In this document: piece by piece, positions 1-9,815 of the stretch
How positions within the stretch are numbered: position 1 is the first letter of the stretch
Layout: the number at the start of each line of letters is the position of its first letter
Source: Eubacteriales bacterium
GTDB lineage: Bacteria; Bacillota; Clostridia; Oscillospirales; CAG-272
DNA: 40,403 nt
Assembly (NCBI GenBank): GCA_051867855.1
Contig: JBJDZF010000378.1
Coordinates: 1-40,403 of the forward strand
Direction: 5' to 3'
The notes under the pieces: generated by a model
The model's input: the letters and a program-made list of their open reading frames with translations, nothing else
Told to the model about the DNA's origin: nothing
Databases searched by the model: none
Position numbers and translations under genes: made by a program

Positions 1-1244
1 CGCAGATCATGGATCATGTCCGCTGTCAGCTCCGTCGTATTCGCAGGTATATCAATATATCCGATCACGATATCGTAATACGATTCGTTCCGTACAGGAA
101 GTGTTTCGCTCTCACTCGATGTGATCAACTCTTCCGTTCCTGTCTTCATAACCTTTAGATACGGCAATGCTTTTCCTGTCGACCTGTCAAGCCGGATAAA
201 ATATGCGCGCCGCTGATCGCTTTCAGATGTCGATATCCCGTTTCCGACCTCATATTTGTTTTCGTATAAGGTTCCGTATACAAGCGCCTTGCCCTTTTTG
301 ATATAGATTTTCATTCCGGAAACATATATCCCGTAAGGATCTTCGTATTCCTGATTTTTCGGAATGCCGGAAACGGAATTGATAATGCCTATATTGTACT
401 GTGCAACAAGTTTCTCCGCATCTGTTTTATCCAGTGTTTCATTGTACCGAACGGTGCTTTCGTCTGTTTCAATGATTCGCATGACATAGCTTTTCGTAAC
501 AAACGGATCGGTTTCCTCTTGTTCTCCGATAGCTTCAATTGAAAGATATTCAATGGTTTCTCCCTTTTCACCGTCCTTTCCGTTATAAACGGAGTAATCA
601 TATGTCGTTCCGTCGGTTAAGAATATTCTGTAAATGCTTTCCCCGCCGGATTCCGTGCTCTGCGAAACAGGCTCGATACGCTCGATTCCGTTTCCGTCCG
701 CACCAGGTTCTCCGTCAGCACCGGCCTTTCCGTCCATGCCGTTGAAAACACGCAGATCAAAAATCTGACCGTTTGTGAGAATGACATGATATACGTTTTC
801 GAATCCGCTCATCTCTGCGGTAATATACGGCTCAACCGCCTGTACACCGACTCCAGGCGATCCGTCAAACTGTCCCTCTCTTGCCGCGCGTTCCAGCGCG
901 TTCATGCGCAGAAGAAGCGCTTTCCAGCTTCCGAGTTCCTCGTGCCCGAATGCGTAATTCTCCGGCTTTGCGCGCGGTATAATGCGGAATCGGTAGGTCG
1001 ATATCGTCCTGTTTCCGTCCTTTTCCTCCGCAATACAGGAAATGTTGAGATAACCGGCTTCCGTGAGAAGCGCATCCGGAACCGCAGCGCGGAATACGGA
1101 ACCGGCCTTCTGAACCTTTACGTTTCTGGATACCTTTTTATCGCTCCTCGATACGTCTATGGAATCGCATCCCTCGTCGATCAGCACATAAATTCCTTTA
1201 TCCCATTGGGTAAAGCTTTTCCTTCCGTCCTCAATAACTATCAT
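1..1244 (-). CDS. Tail fibre protein with collagen-like repeats (start present, 3' end runs off the window start)
   Basis: Not in the ORF track because there is no stop in the window. Own translation from ATG 1244 (ATGA overlap with the upstream stop) is open to position 1: MIVIEDGRKSFTQWDKG...ELTADMIHDL. Two G-X-Y runs (GMDGKAGADGEPGADGNG at 687-740; GKDGEKGET), each after a Y.I.LT.G....V.NG module as in phage fibres. Confidence 0.65.
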   Translation of the reverse strand, partial: MIVIEDGRKSFTQWDKGIYVLIDEGCDSIDVSRSDKKVSRNVKVQKAGSVFRAAVPDALLTEAGYLNISCIAEEKDGNRTISTYRFRIIPRAKPENYAFGHEELGSWKALLLRMNALERAAREGQFDGSPGVGVQAVEPYITAEMSGFENVYHVILTNGQIFDLRVFNGMDGKAGADGEPGADGNGIERIEPVSQSTESGGESIYRIFLTDGTTYDYSVYNGKDGEKGETIEYLSIEAIGEQEETDPFVTKSYVMRIIETDESTVRYNETLDKTDAEKLVAQYNIGIINSVSGIPKNQEYEDPYGIYVSGMKIYIKKGKALVYGTLYENKYEVGNGISTSESDQRRAYFIRLDRSTGKALPYLKVMKTGTEELITSSESETLPVRNESYYDIVIGYIDIPANTTELTADMIHDL

Positions 1245-1552
1245 AACAGCTCCTCCGCGTACGGATATCCTTCCGCAAGCTCGTTGATCCTCTCCCGCCA
1301 TACCGCTCGGTTTGCAAGCGTTTCCGCATATTCCTCTTTAACCGCAGCGCCTTCCGCAATCTTGCATGCGATATAATCGGTATCGTACAGCTTTTTTCTG
1401 TATGCCGCAATCTTGCGTTCTCTTGCCGGATCGCGATTCAGATATTCTTCTTCCGTAATACGGATTCTGGTTTCCGATTCCGCGTATTCTTCCTCGGTCG
1501 CTTCCTTGTACCAGATTGTACCATCTTTTTTCTTGATGAGATAATAAAACAT
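1241..1552 (-). CDS. Small protein between fibre genes; possible fibre assembly/chaperone protein
   Basis: 103 aa, ATG with GGAGGG SD 7 nt upstream, wedged between two fibre-like genes. The functional guess rests on position and a weak motif resemblance only. Confidence 0.4.
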   Translation of the reverse strand: MFYYLIKKKDGTIWYKEATEEEYAESETRIRITEEEYLNRDPARERKIAAYRKKLYDTDYIACKIAEGAAVKEEYAETLANRAVWRERINELAEGYPYAEELL

Positions 1553-1555
1553 CCG

Positions 1556-2317
1556 TTATCCCTCCGCAAGCTTTCTGTACCGCAGTATGATTCCGTGCGT
1601 TGCATAGCTGTACGCTCCCTTGACAGCCCGGATCACCGCTGTATTGACAAACGTGTTTTTGTTCGCTTCCTTATTAAAATCCTGATAGCTTCCGCCCTCG
1701 TATGTACCGCCTACCATGCCTGCATACGAAACCGCCCTGTGTCCGTTGTGTATGATGGCATGATGCGATACGACGCTGCACCGGTCGACTGTCTGAATCT
1801 GCGTTGACTTTACCGAAAAAAGATCGTATCGGTTCGTTTCGTCGGTTCCTATAGTCCTGTCACAAAGTCCGACCGTGATGCACGCTTTCGGCGCATCCTG
1901 TTCCCCGGCGTCCGGCATGCGCATACCGATGACATACAGCTCCGTTTCCCATATTCCGGAGCTGATATCGATTTCGCTCGGCATATTGACGGTCTGTACA
2001 AGATCGCTTTCCGTCGATGTCTGTATGGTGGTTTCCTGATTGTTTATAATCATAATGGGCGCGAGAATGCAGTGCGTCCATTCGCTTGCAACGGCCGATT
2101 CCGCGATACTGTCATTGATGCGGTTCATCCACTCTTGCAGTCCGGAAATCGCGTTAATCGGATGCTGATCGTCCGCATCGCGGTTCGTCATCGTTGTGTG
2201 ATCAGTAAGCTTGTCGAAATTACCGCAGAGCATAGCAATCCACTGCTCCTTTGTTCCGGTAAATCCGTGGTTGACGGCCATCTCGTATGCCGTCAGATAA
2301 TACCCGTTGTTTGCCAT
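1556..2317 (-). CDS. Tail fibre / receptor-binding-like protein
   Basis: 253 aa. N-terminal LTAYEMAVNHGFTGTKEQWIAML and DDQHPINAISGLQEWM match recurrent N-terminal signatures of Firmicutes phage fibre proteins (SAYE.AV..GF.GT.E.W; HP...I.GL). The start abuts the stop of the connector gene. Confidence 0.5.
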   Translation of the reverse strand: MANNGYYLTAYEMAVNHGFTGTKEQWIAMLCGNFDKLTDHTTMTNRDADDQHPINAISGLQEWMNRINDSIAESAVASEWTHCILAPIMIINNQETTIQTSTESDLVQTVNMPSEIDISSGIWETELYVIGMRMPDAGEQDAPKACITVGLCDRTIGTDETNRYDLFSVKSTQIQTVDRCSVVSHHAIIHNGHRAVSYAGMVGGTYEGGSYQDFNKEANKNTFVNTAVIRAVKGAYSYATHGIILRYRKLAEG

Positions 2318-2674
2318 TTATGTATCTTCCTCCATTGCGTCCGCCAGTCTGTATGCATCCATGAACCAACGCGAAAACGAGTTATAATCATCGTCAAAAG
2401 CTTTTTTGGAATATCCGTATCGCTCGTAATCGGCATTGTACAAATCTATTTTAGCAAGCAGATAGGAAATATACAGCCTGTCATGCGGCGGTCTTACAAG
2501 CAGCGTCGTGTCGATGTCCGCTCGTGTATATGTCATGATATCATGTATGTTTACAAGCATGATATCCGACTGTATCATTCCCTCTGCCTCGTTGATCCAT
2601 TGGATCAGTACATCGTCCGGCACGCGGACGTCCTTCTGCAGCCGCGCAAGACGGATTGCGTCACTAAGTTTCAT
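2318..2674 (-). CDS. Head-tail connector/adaptor-like protein
   Basis: 118 aa, GAGGAGA SD, immediately downstream of the capsid gene. Size and position are typical of gp6-like connectors; no diagnostic motif. Confidence 0.4.
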   Translation of the reverse strand: MKLSDAIRLARLQKDVRVPDDVLIQWINEAEGMIQSDIMLVNIHDIMTYTRADIDTTLLVRPPHDRLYISYLLAKIDLYNADYERYGYSKKAFDDDYNSFSRWFMDAYRLADAMEEDT

Positions 2675-2685
2675 ATTTTCTCCTC

Positions 2686-2720
2686 ATAAGCAAAAACAGA
2701 CCGGATAAGCCGGTCTGTTT
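2686..2720 (-). terminator. Intrinsic terminator/attenuator just after the capsid gene
   Basis: 11-bp perfect stem AAACAGACCGG/CCGGTCTGTTT (2694-2704 / 2710-2720), 5-nt loop. On the minus strand it is followed by UUUUUGCUU. Confidence 0.5.
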
Positions 2721-2724
2721 CCGT

Positions 2725-3729
2725 TCAAGTAATCAGCGCGTTTCCTGCAGATACACCGCCGACCGCTGCATATCTCCAGTTGACGAAACCTGCCGTGAAG
2801 CGGGAATAACCGTTCCAGCGGTTCGAGTCGTTTTCTTCGATTTTCGACGTGATCTCGAGATCAACGCGGTTCTGGAAGACGGACGCGTCATAGTCCTGCA
2901 TGAACTTGGAATCGATCATCATCCACGGTGCCGTGCCGGATGTGATGTAATCGGTCAGATATCCCCAGATGATAATCGAGAATCTGCCGAAGTTATAGTT
3001 GAAACCGTTGTTCGCCGTGTCGGGGTCCTTGTCAGCGCCGAGCGCTTCAAACACGGCTTTCTTTAAGGACGGGATATTCGGAATCACGATGGTGTCCGGG
3101 CGGATGTCAAGGAGGTTTCCGTTGTCATCCTTGAAATTCTGCATTGCGGCTTCCATGTACAGGATCGCGTCGTTTGATACCGCGTCTGAAAACATGTTGC
3201 ACTGCGTTTTTCCGTTGACCTTGTTCTTGTGGCTCTTTCCGAACAGCGCGGTTCCGTCCGCACAGGTGATATCAAAGGTTTTCTGTCCGATCTTTACGGC
3301 GCTCTCGCCCTTGATCGCTCCGCCGTAAAGCTGCGCACCGAATCGCTGACGCGTCCTGTAGTAGGAGCTGACGAAGCCCTTCGGGCGCTGCTTGAGTTCG
3401 ATCAGATTCTGATCGTCAATCATCTCTCTTGAAACGGAGAAATGGGACTTCCATGTCTCGTTCTGCAGATGCTTCGGATATCCTTCCTGCATACCGTTTG
3501 ACGGATGCGTACCGTTTTCGCCGACCGGCTCCCAGTCGTTCATGGATGTCATGGATGTATAGGATTCGGCGAAGTGTTTCGAGTTTTCGATTGCGAAAAC
3601 GCTTTTGAGGACGTCTTCGGATTCGTACTGTTCCGCAAACTCCTCGATCATAACCTTAAGCGGAGTCTGGATTTTACCGAAAACGGAATCATTGACGCCG
3701 GATGCTTCAGAGAAAATAATATTTGCCAT
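2725..3729 (-). CDS. Major capsid protein (HK97-fold class presumed)
   Basis: 334 aa ORF after scaffold and decoration-like genes and before the connector. Size, position and the following hairpin fit a major capsid gene. Confidence 0.6.
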   Translation of the reverse strand: MANIIFSEASGVNDSVFGKIQTPLKVMIEEFAEQYESEDVLKSVFAIENSKHFAESYTSMTSMNDWEPVGENGTHPSNGMQEGYPKHLQNETWKSHFSVSREMIDDQNLIELKQRPKGFVSSYYRTRQRFGAQLYGGAIKGESAVKIGQKTFDITCADGTALFGKSHKNKVNGKTQCNMFSDAVSNDAILYMEAAMQNFKDDNGNLLDIRPDTIVIPNIPSLKKAVFEALGADKDPDTANNGFNYNFGRFSIIIWGYLTDYITSGTAPWMMIDSKFMQDYDASVFQNRVDLEITSKIEENDSNRWNGYSRFTAGFVNWRYAAVGGVSAGNALIT

Positions 3730-3743
3730 GCTGTCTTACCTCC

Positions 3744-4139
3744 TTATGCCAATCTGACAACGGCAATATCACCGATTGCCGCTCCTGTAGTCGTGATGAC
3801 GCGCACAATACCGCCTGACGTTGCCGCCGCAAGACTCATGCCGTCCGTGGACAAATCAGCCGTACCGCCGTTTTTAAGACCGGAAACCGCTGCCGTAAGT
3901 TCCACCTCATATTCCGTGTCAGGGTTTACGGCAATTGCCGGGATGATGTCGCCTGATGTCGATACTGTTTTTTCCGCCATGCAGATAAAGGTCGGCTCCG
4001 TTGTGCCGCTTGCCTTTGTGAGATTTCCGGAGGACTGATAAAGAGCCTCCCCGATATGATACGTGCCGGATGCCGCGGGCAGATAAACCCACGGATCAAC
4101 GGCGCCGTCGTTGTAGTTTTTTGGAATAAATCCTGCCAT
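3744..4139 (-). CDS. Small head protein (decoration/cement-like?)
   Basis: 131 aa, Gly/Ala/Thr-rich, between the scaffold and capsid genes. Confidence 0.3.
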   Translation of the reverse strand: MAGFIPKNYNDGAVDPWVYLPAASGTYHIGEALYQSSGNLTKASGTTEPTFICMAEKTVSTSGDIIPAIAVNPDTEYEVELTAAVSGLKNGGTADLSTDGMSLAAATSGGIVRVITTTGAAIGDIAVVRLA

Positions 4140-4171
4140 TTTAATACACTCCTTTTAGTTTTCCGGAAGCG

Positions 4172-5197
4172 TCATTTCAGATATTTCAGTGCCCGTTTCC
4201 GCAGCTCCGCGTCGGATTTCCCCGGCATCAGCTCCCGCATGGTCTGCATCAGGGATTCCGGGACCTCTGTCTGTCCCTCTCCGCTCGGCTGTGCCTTTGT
4301 CAGGTGCGATTTTCCGTTTACCGCATTCCGCGCTGCCTGCTCCGCGTTCGCGCGGATGGATTGATTGATCTGATCGGCATATACAATCTGATATGCGTGA
4401 TTCGGACGGTATCCTGTTTTGATAAGATCATAGATGTCGTCAAACTTATCGAGCTTTTTCAGATCGTCAAACGTTTTGATATCCGGATTCAGCTTTGAGA
4501 TTTCCGCAATGTCTGATGTAAAACGCGCACTTGCCGCTTCCCGTTCCGCTTTCTGCCGCTCCTCCGCAGCCTTGCGTTCCGTCTCTCTCGCGGCGATGAC
4601 ATCAGGATGCCGCCGCGCCAACTCGTCAAGCTGCTCACGTGTTACGCCGAGCGCTTTTGCGTCGTTATCAAGCGTGTTTTCGCGCAAGTGCTGGAGATAC
4701 GCATCAAACGCCTTTTTGTCCGAGACAGGTTTCCCGGTATACGGATCAATCAGTCCTGCGTTTGCGATTGACGCGTCAATATCACGCATAAATTCGTCTT
4801 TATGCTTTTTGAGTTCCGCTTCCGCCTGCCGTCTTGCTTTTGCATAGACGGCATTTTCTTCTTTTGTCTGTTTCTTTGCTTCTTGAGCCGCTTTTTCTCC
4901 CGCTCCGTCTGTGGTTCCTTCATCCGTTGAGGAGTTTTCCGGCTGGGTATTTTTCTGTTCTGTCTGATCTTCCGCATTCGCGGAGGATGCGCCCTCTCCG
5001 CTGTTTTCGCTGCCGGCAGTAGCACCGGCGAATGCGTCCGATAAAAGCTGCATGCCGCTTTTTCTGCTTACTTCGGTTGTCTGTGTTCCGCCTCCGGTTG
5101 TTTGCGTCTGTGACGCCGGCGCGGATGTACTGACCTGTGACGATTGGCTTGTACCGTTACTTCCCTGTACGGCTGCGGCTGTGCTTGTGTTTTCCAT
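4172..5197 (-). CDS. Scaffolding-like protein
   Basis: 341 aa. Low-complexity S/T/Q/G N-terminus, then highly charged helical sequence (KAARRQAEAELKKHKDEF..., ERKAAEERQKAEREAA). Lies between portal and capsid. Confidence 0.5.
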   Translation of the reverse strand: MENTSTAAAVQGSNGTSQSSQVSTSAPASQTQTTGGGTQTTEVSRKSGMQLLSDAFAGATAGSENSGEGASSANAEDQTEQKNTQPENSSTDEGTTDGAGEKAAQEAKKQTKEENAVYAKARRQAEAELKKHKDEFMRDIDASIANAGLIDPYTGKPVSDKKAFDAYLQHLRENTLDNDAKALGVTREQLDELARRHPDVIAARETERKAAEERQKAEREAASARFTSDIAEISKLNPDIKTFDDLKKLDKFDDIYDLIKTGYRPNHAYQIVYADQINQSIRANAEQAARNAVNGKSHLTKAQPSGEGQTEVPESLMQTMRELMPGKSDAELRKRALKYLK

Positions 5198-5271
5198 TTA
5201 GTCCTCCGGATTTTTACGCTGTTCGCTGCGAATCGTTTTTAACGTATTTTTGATGTAATCATTTTACGGAA

Positions 5272-5406
5272 TCACTTTCCGTTCTTTGTGCGAAGGTCTT
5301 CTCCCTTTTTAACGGCTCCGTTCTTTGCGGTCTTCGTCTTAAAAAGCGCTTCTACCTTCTGGGTTCCGCCGTTGCCGATCTTGCCAGCATAGCTTTCCTT
5401 TTTCAC
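5272..5406 (-). CDS. Small basic Lys/Gly-rich protein (44 aa), below the ORF-track cutoff
   Basis: GTG 5406 preceded by a GGGGGTGA SD. Own translation (M)KKESYAGKIGNGGTQKVEALFKTKTAKNGAVKKGEDLRTKNGK, stop TGA 5272-5274. Fills the portal-scaffold gap. Confidence 0.3.
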   Translation of the reverse strand: MKKESYAGKIGNGGTQKVEALFKTKTAKNGAVKKGEDLRTKNGK

Positions 5407-5411
5407 TTCTT

Positions 5412-7541
5412 TCACCCCCTTTCGGTGCTTTCATCCTGATTGACCGGATTCTGCGCCGCAGATGCTTTTTCTGCGGCTTCCTTTGCGTCCGCTCTCGCCT
5501 GCTCTATAATGCGCATCTGCATGTCGTTATCGCTTTGTCGCTGTGCGTCCTGTGCCTGCATTTCCGCCTGACGCTGTGCGTTCTGATCCGCCTGCATCTG
5601 CTGCATCTGCGCAAGCATGGCTTGTTTCTGCTGCTCCTCCTGCATGGATTCCAGATACCGCAGTGTATCTGCCGCTCCTGGATAGTGCAGCAGCTCCATT
5701 TTTCGCCAGAACATGATGAGCGTATCAATGCTCGACGGATCGCCGAATGCGCCGGACTGCAGATTCTGCCTTGTTTCCTGCCACATTGCCTCCCGGTTGT
5801 TGGCAAGCGGCGTTGCGGTATCGCACGAGAAAAGAAACTGATCATTCCACCAGAACTCGCCCGTGCTGTCGATCTCTAGGAAGTCCCATTTGTTGAACTC
5901 CGTATAATCGATTTCTCCATTGTCGTTGCGTGTCCTGACCGGGCGAGGCTCATCCGCATATGCAAGCTCAAACTTAAAAAGCATTTCGTAAAGCTTTGCA
6001 AAAGCGGTTTCTTTGTTTTTTCTCTTACTCTCCAACCGTCCGGCAGCCTGTGCCGCGGAAAACTCCTTTGCCTTTCCGCTTGTAGCGGTTTTATCCGTGC
6101 GCCCCTGATAGCTGTCTGTGATACCTATGATCTGTCTGGCCGTTTGATAATAGTGTTCCTCAAGCGACATTTCCTGCGATACGTCAAATGTAAAATCCAC
6201 GGACTTGAACATGTTGATCTTATCAGGGGTATCAATAACATACCGTTTCCCGTCGCGCGAATCCATCTTGAGCATACAGTCGGCAGGTACCACGGTATAG
6301 CTTCCGCCCGTAACGGCTTTTTCGATGATCTTCGCTTCCAGTCGGTTGATCGCGTTCTGCTGCGTTCGGATGTTGGTGATATCCGATTCGCCGATCAGTC
6401 GCCCGTAACGGCTTGTATTGCGCTGTACCTCAATCGGATAGATATCCGGTTTGTAATACGGCACGTTTATCGGCTTGATCGATACTGTGTAAATCGGATT
6501 CCCATCCGCCTCATATCCGTTTTCGGTTATCCCCTGCACGGGCTGCGCTATGATGCTGCCGTCCGATCTGCGGATCGGCTCCGTGAGTTCCATGTAGTCG
6601 TCTGATGTTTCTTCCCACGCATCCGCGCCGCAGTACGGGCACACATGCTTTTTCGGTCTTTCTGGCATTTCCTGCGCATCCGCGGTTTCTTCGTCCGGCT
6701 CCGGCCTTGTCCCGTCCTGTGTCTGCTGTCCGATCGGCTGTGTGCCGTCCTCCGGTGCGCCGCACTTTCTGCATCGCCGCATTCGCCGCGCCTGATAGTC
6801 GTCGTAGTCGGCAAGCTGTGTGTCGCAGGTCCAGACATACAGACCGATACCGCCGTTGTCGTTTCGATAGTAACCGTAATATACAGTAAGCATATCTTCA
6901 GCCTGCGTCGCATCGCCCTGACCGTCACGGAGTTCCGGTTCTTCTTCTTCTCCATCCACAAAAACGTGATACCGACGTTCCACTCTGGATTTAGTCATCG
7001 GTATTTTGATAATGCACCAGTCCATGTCGTTTGGTGATGTGCAGATTCCGGGCTGCGGGACAATCTGTTTCGGGTGAAGGATTGATACATCGGTTTCTCC
7101 CGTCGTTTCGTGAGTGTTCTGCTCGTTGTCCCACTCACACAGCCAAACGGCGCCGCCGTAGGTCGGTACCATGCGTTCCGCAGTATCGTTCATAAGCTCC
7201 ATATCAAGCGCGTCTACCTTATCACGCAGCATATCTTCAATGATATTTGCGAGATATTCGTCTTGCTTTCGTTTGGCTGTGACTTTCGGCATCGGGATTG
7301 CTGTTGATATCTGGCTTTCGATGATTTCACGGACAATGTTTCTCACAATCGGTGTTTTTTTTGTCTTGTCGTCGTCAATAACCGGATCGACAGTATCATA
7401 TCTTCCGGAATACAGGCGATCAAGCTCCTCAAAACTATCATGCTGTGTATCATATGCGGTCTGACCGGTTGCAAGCCGTTCTTTCCACATTTCCATCTTT
7501 GCGCGATCAATTTTTGTTTTCATGTTTTTGGCGTTCCCCAT
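5412..7541 (-). CDS. Portal protein with an internal Cys4 zinc-ribbon insertion
   Basis: 709 aa directly after terL. Q-rich coiled C-terminus (EEQQKQAMLAQMQQMQADQNAQRQAEMQ). CRKC...(40 aa)...CPYC at 6630-6773. An alternative start at ATG 7523 makes an ATGA overlap with the terL stop. Confidence 0.7.
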   Translation of the reverse strand: MGNAKNMKTKIDRAKMEMWKERLATGQTAYDTQHDSFEELDRLYSGRYDTVDPVIDDDKTKKTPIVRNIVREIIESQISTAIPMPKVTAKRKQDEYLANIIEDMLRDKVDALDMELMNDTAERMVPTYGGAVWLCEWDNEQNTHETTGETDVSILHPKQIVPQPGICTSPNDMDWCIIKIPMTKSRVERRYHVFVDGEEEEPELRDGQGDATQAEDMLTVYYGYYRNDNGGIGLYVWTCDTQLADYDDYQARRMRRCRKCGAPEDGTQPIGQQTQDGTRPEPDEETADAQEMPERPKKHVCPYCGADAWEETSDDYMELTEPIRRSDGSIIAQPVQGITENGYEADGNPIYTVSIKPINVPYYKPDIYPIEVQRNTSRYGRLIGESDITNIRTQQNAINRLEAKIIEKAVTGGSYTVVPADCMLKMDSRDGKRYVIDTPDKINMFKSVDFTFDVSQEMSLEEHYYQTARQIIGITDSYQGRTDKTATSGKAKEFSAAQAAGRLESKRKNKETAFAKLYEMLFKFELAYADEPRPVRTRNDNGEIDYTEFNKWDFLEIDSTGEFWWNDQFLFSCDTATPLANNREAMWQETRQNLQSGAFGDPSSIDTLIMFWRKMELLHYPGAADTLRYLESMQEEQQKQAMLAQMQQMQADQNAQRQAEMQAQDAQRQSDNDMQMRIIEQARADAKEAAEKASAAQNPVNQDESTERG

Positions 7542-9046
7542 TTTTCTTTTAAGTATCGTTTAGTATCGCTATTCGCCGCGTTGTAATCGTCCCACATATC
7601 ATCCGTCCATGCCGTTTTCGCTTTTTCTGGCTCCTTGTACACGGATTTTTGCTGTCCCTCAATTGCAAGCGCAATTGCAAGCGCCATGATGCAGTCGTCA
7701 TGTGCCCCCTCCTGCGCTTCAGGCCGGAATTCTTCGTTGCGTACAAAAGTAAGCATTTCTTCGAGCGTAGTTCTGTCGTTGATCGTATCGTCGTTTGCTT
7801 TAACATGATTGATAAGGCGGGCTATTATTGTGTTGCGTGTGAGCTTATCCGTTAGAAATCCGTACTGGTCGACTGTTTTGTGTGTATATCGATCAATCGA
7901 CTGCCGCACATACAGCTTCGGATATCCGAGCCGCGCAAGCTCGTTTACCGGATATGTGGAAAAATTTATCTCAATGCCGATGAGCGCGGTATTGTAGTAT
8001 TTCCCTAGGCAGTACATCTGATTGCAGTACTCTTTTTCCCCGGTTGTCATCTTGAGGACTGCGCATTGTTCTTTTGTTTTGTTATTAAGCACCTGGCCTA
8101 CAAATCGGTCCGATCCGTTTCCGGCAATGTCTCCGCCAATGACAAATGGTACATTTGCATCCGGCTCTTTGTAAATATAGATAAGCTGGTTTCTCTCATC
8201 CTCAATCCATGTGATATCATAGATACAGTCTGATCCCTCTCGATACGCAAAATATCCGGCTTTTACCGGATTCGGTATCTTTTGGAGCCTCTCGGAAACG
8301 ATAACCGCAGGAAAAACGGTTTTTCCGGTTACGCCCCATTCGCCAAGGCAGTATACCGTGTAGTAATATTCATCGGTTTCCCGGAACGCTTCCAGTGTCT
8401 GGATCGCCTCATCCGGAAGGAATGGATTATCCTTATAATTGCTTCGGCTCGTCGTTGCGCGCCGGTCTTGCTTATCGTAAAAACGCGCTTTAAGCCAATG
8501 TGTTACCGATACCGGATTAAACGTCAAAATGATTTGCTTATAGTACGGTGTTTCATCTCTTAGTCTGATATCGAGCTGGTTAAAATCGTATTCGGTAATT
8601 TCAGATGCTTCCTCTATCCAGATCATTGTGATTCCGCGGATTGATTTCAGTTTTTCGACATTATCAAGGCCGGAAAAAACAATTTCCGAACCGTTTTGTA
8701 AAACGATTCGCATAGGAGATGATGTCATGCGCTTGATTTTATCGGGATAGTATGTTTCTGCCTGCTCTTTGAGCTGGGAAAAGCATGATAAGCTGATGCT
8801 TTTCTCTGTTTTTCGCACGACTAAAACACGGTGTCCTTTTTCTGTCGCGCAGCGCTCAAGCAATTTTCTTCCTGCGAAAACGGATTTACCGGAGCCGCCG
8901 CCGCCCATCAGGACAAGATAACGGGATTGATTAAAAAGCAGATCGCGAAAAACCGGTACATTTGTATCACACCACGATTTCCACCAGGATACAAGCTCTT
9001 TTTCCGTCTCTTTTTTGATTTTTTTCGATTTATAGGCAGTTTTCAT
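7520..9046 (-). CDS. terL: Terminase large subunit (PBSX-like family)
   Basis: 508 aa. Walker A in YLVLMGGGGSGKS, Walker B-like MIWIEEASE, C-terminal nuclease-type acidic motifs. ATGA overlap with terS. Confidence 0.9.
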   Translation of the reverse strand: MKTAYKSKKIKKETEKELVSWWKSWCDTNVPVFRDLLFNQSRYLVLMGGGGSGKSVFAGRKLLERCATEKGHRVLVVRKTEKSISLSCFSQLKEQAETYYPDKIKRMTSSPMRIVLQNGSEIVFSGLDNVEKLKSIRGITMIWIEEASEITEYDFNQLDIRLRDETPYYKQIILTFNPVSVTHWLKARFYDKQDRRATTSRSNYKDNPFLPDEAIQTLEAFRETDEYYYTVYCLGEWGVTGKTVFPAVIVSERLQKIPNPVKAGYFAYREGSDCIYDITWIEDERNQLIYIYKEPDANVPFVIGGDIAGNGSDRFVGQVLNNKTKEQCAVLKMTTGEKEYCNQMYCLGKYYNTALIGIEINFSTYPVNELARLGYPKLYVRQSIDRYTHKTVDQYGFLTDKLTRNTIIARLINHVKANDDTINDRTTLEEMLTFVRNEEFRPEAQEGAHDDCIMALAIALAIEGQQKSVYKEPEKAKTAWTDDMWDDYNAANSDTKRYLKEKWGTPKT

Positions 9047-9621
9047 TTTTCCCCGCCATTTTGTAAATCTTCCGCATCTTCCGTTCCCGATGACGCGTCA
9101 TCAGCTCCGGACACATCCATCGCGCCGTAAGCTTTTGCTATTTCTTTAAGCAGCTCCAGTTTTTCAAGCGCAGGAATGTTTCCCGTTTCCGTCCGGCTTT
9201 CGTTTCCGGAATCGTTTCTTAATTTTTCTCGATCCGAGTACCCGAAATTATTTTCGAGGCTGAAAATGATCCCCTTGCAGTCTCTCCCCATCAGCACAAG
9301 TTGCTGTGTAAGGTACGATTCCACGCGCATACGCGCTATCTCGATCACATCCTTGTATCCCTCTCGCTGTGCGTACATGCTCCACGTCTGCCGGCTGATA
9401 CCGAGATAGCACTGCAGCGATGTGATCGACGGCGGAACGGCATATTTGATGATCGGTATCGGTTTTCCGTCGTTTCCGATGATCTCATCCCCCGGCACAT
9501 ATTTCCCTGATACCCATGTATCTGGTCGGCGTGCGTTTTCTGTGTATGTGATGCCGTCAAAATATCGATCTACTGCGTCAGAAAAATCCTTGCTTGATCG
9601 ATATTTTATGAATCTTCCCAC
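9043..9621 (-). CDS. terS: Terminase small subunit
   Basis: 192 aa, GTG start (the track shows M) with GAGAGGGGG upstream. PPSITSLQCYLGISRQTWSMY HTH and GIIFSLENNFGYSD motif are typical of Firmicutes terS. Lies immediately upstream of terL. Confidence 0.75.
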   Translation of the reverse strand: MGRFIKYRSSKDFSDAVDRYFDGITYTENARRPDTWVSGKYVPGDEIIGNDGKPIPIIKYAVPPSITSLQCYLGISRQTWSMYAQREGYKDVIEIARMRVESYLTQQLVLMGRDCKGIIFSLENNFGYSDREKLRNDSGNESRTETGNIPALEKLELLKEIAKAYGAMDVSGADDASSGTEDAEDLQNGGEK

Positions 9622-9665
9622 ATCGCGCGCCCCCTCTCACTCCACACGATTTTTATACTGTATTT

Positions 9666-9674
9666 ATTATATCA
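9666..9674 (-). promoter_or_regulatory. Extended -10 element (TGATATAAT) without a recognisable -35, upstream of terS
   Basis: Plus strand reads attatatca. The sequence 17 nt upstream (GAGTAG) is unlike TTGACA. About 45 nt upstream of the terS GTG. Candidate activator-dependent late promoter. Confidence 0.35.
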
Positions 9675-9815
9675 TAAAAATAAGTCCGCTACTCGCAAGT
9701 TTTATGACATGCTTACTTATATATAATATACCTTTTATCTCTGGAAGCTGATGCGCCAAAGGAGGAGCCGATGCGCCGAGTATCTGACATCCGGGGCCGT
9801 CGCACTATCGCGCCG

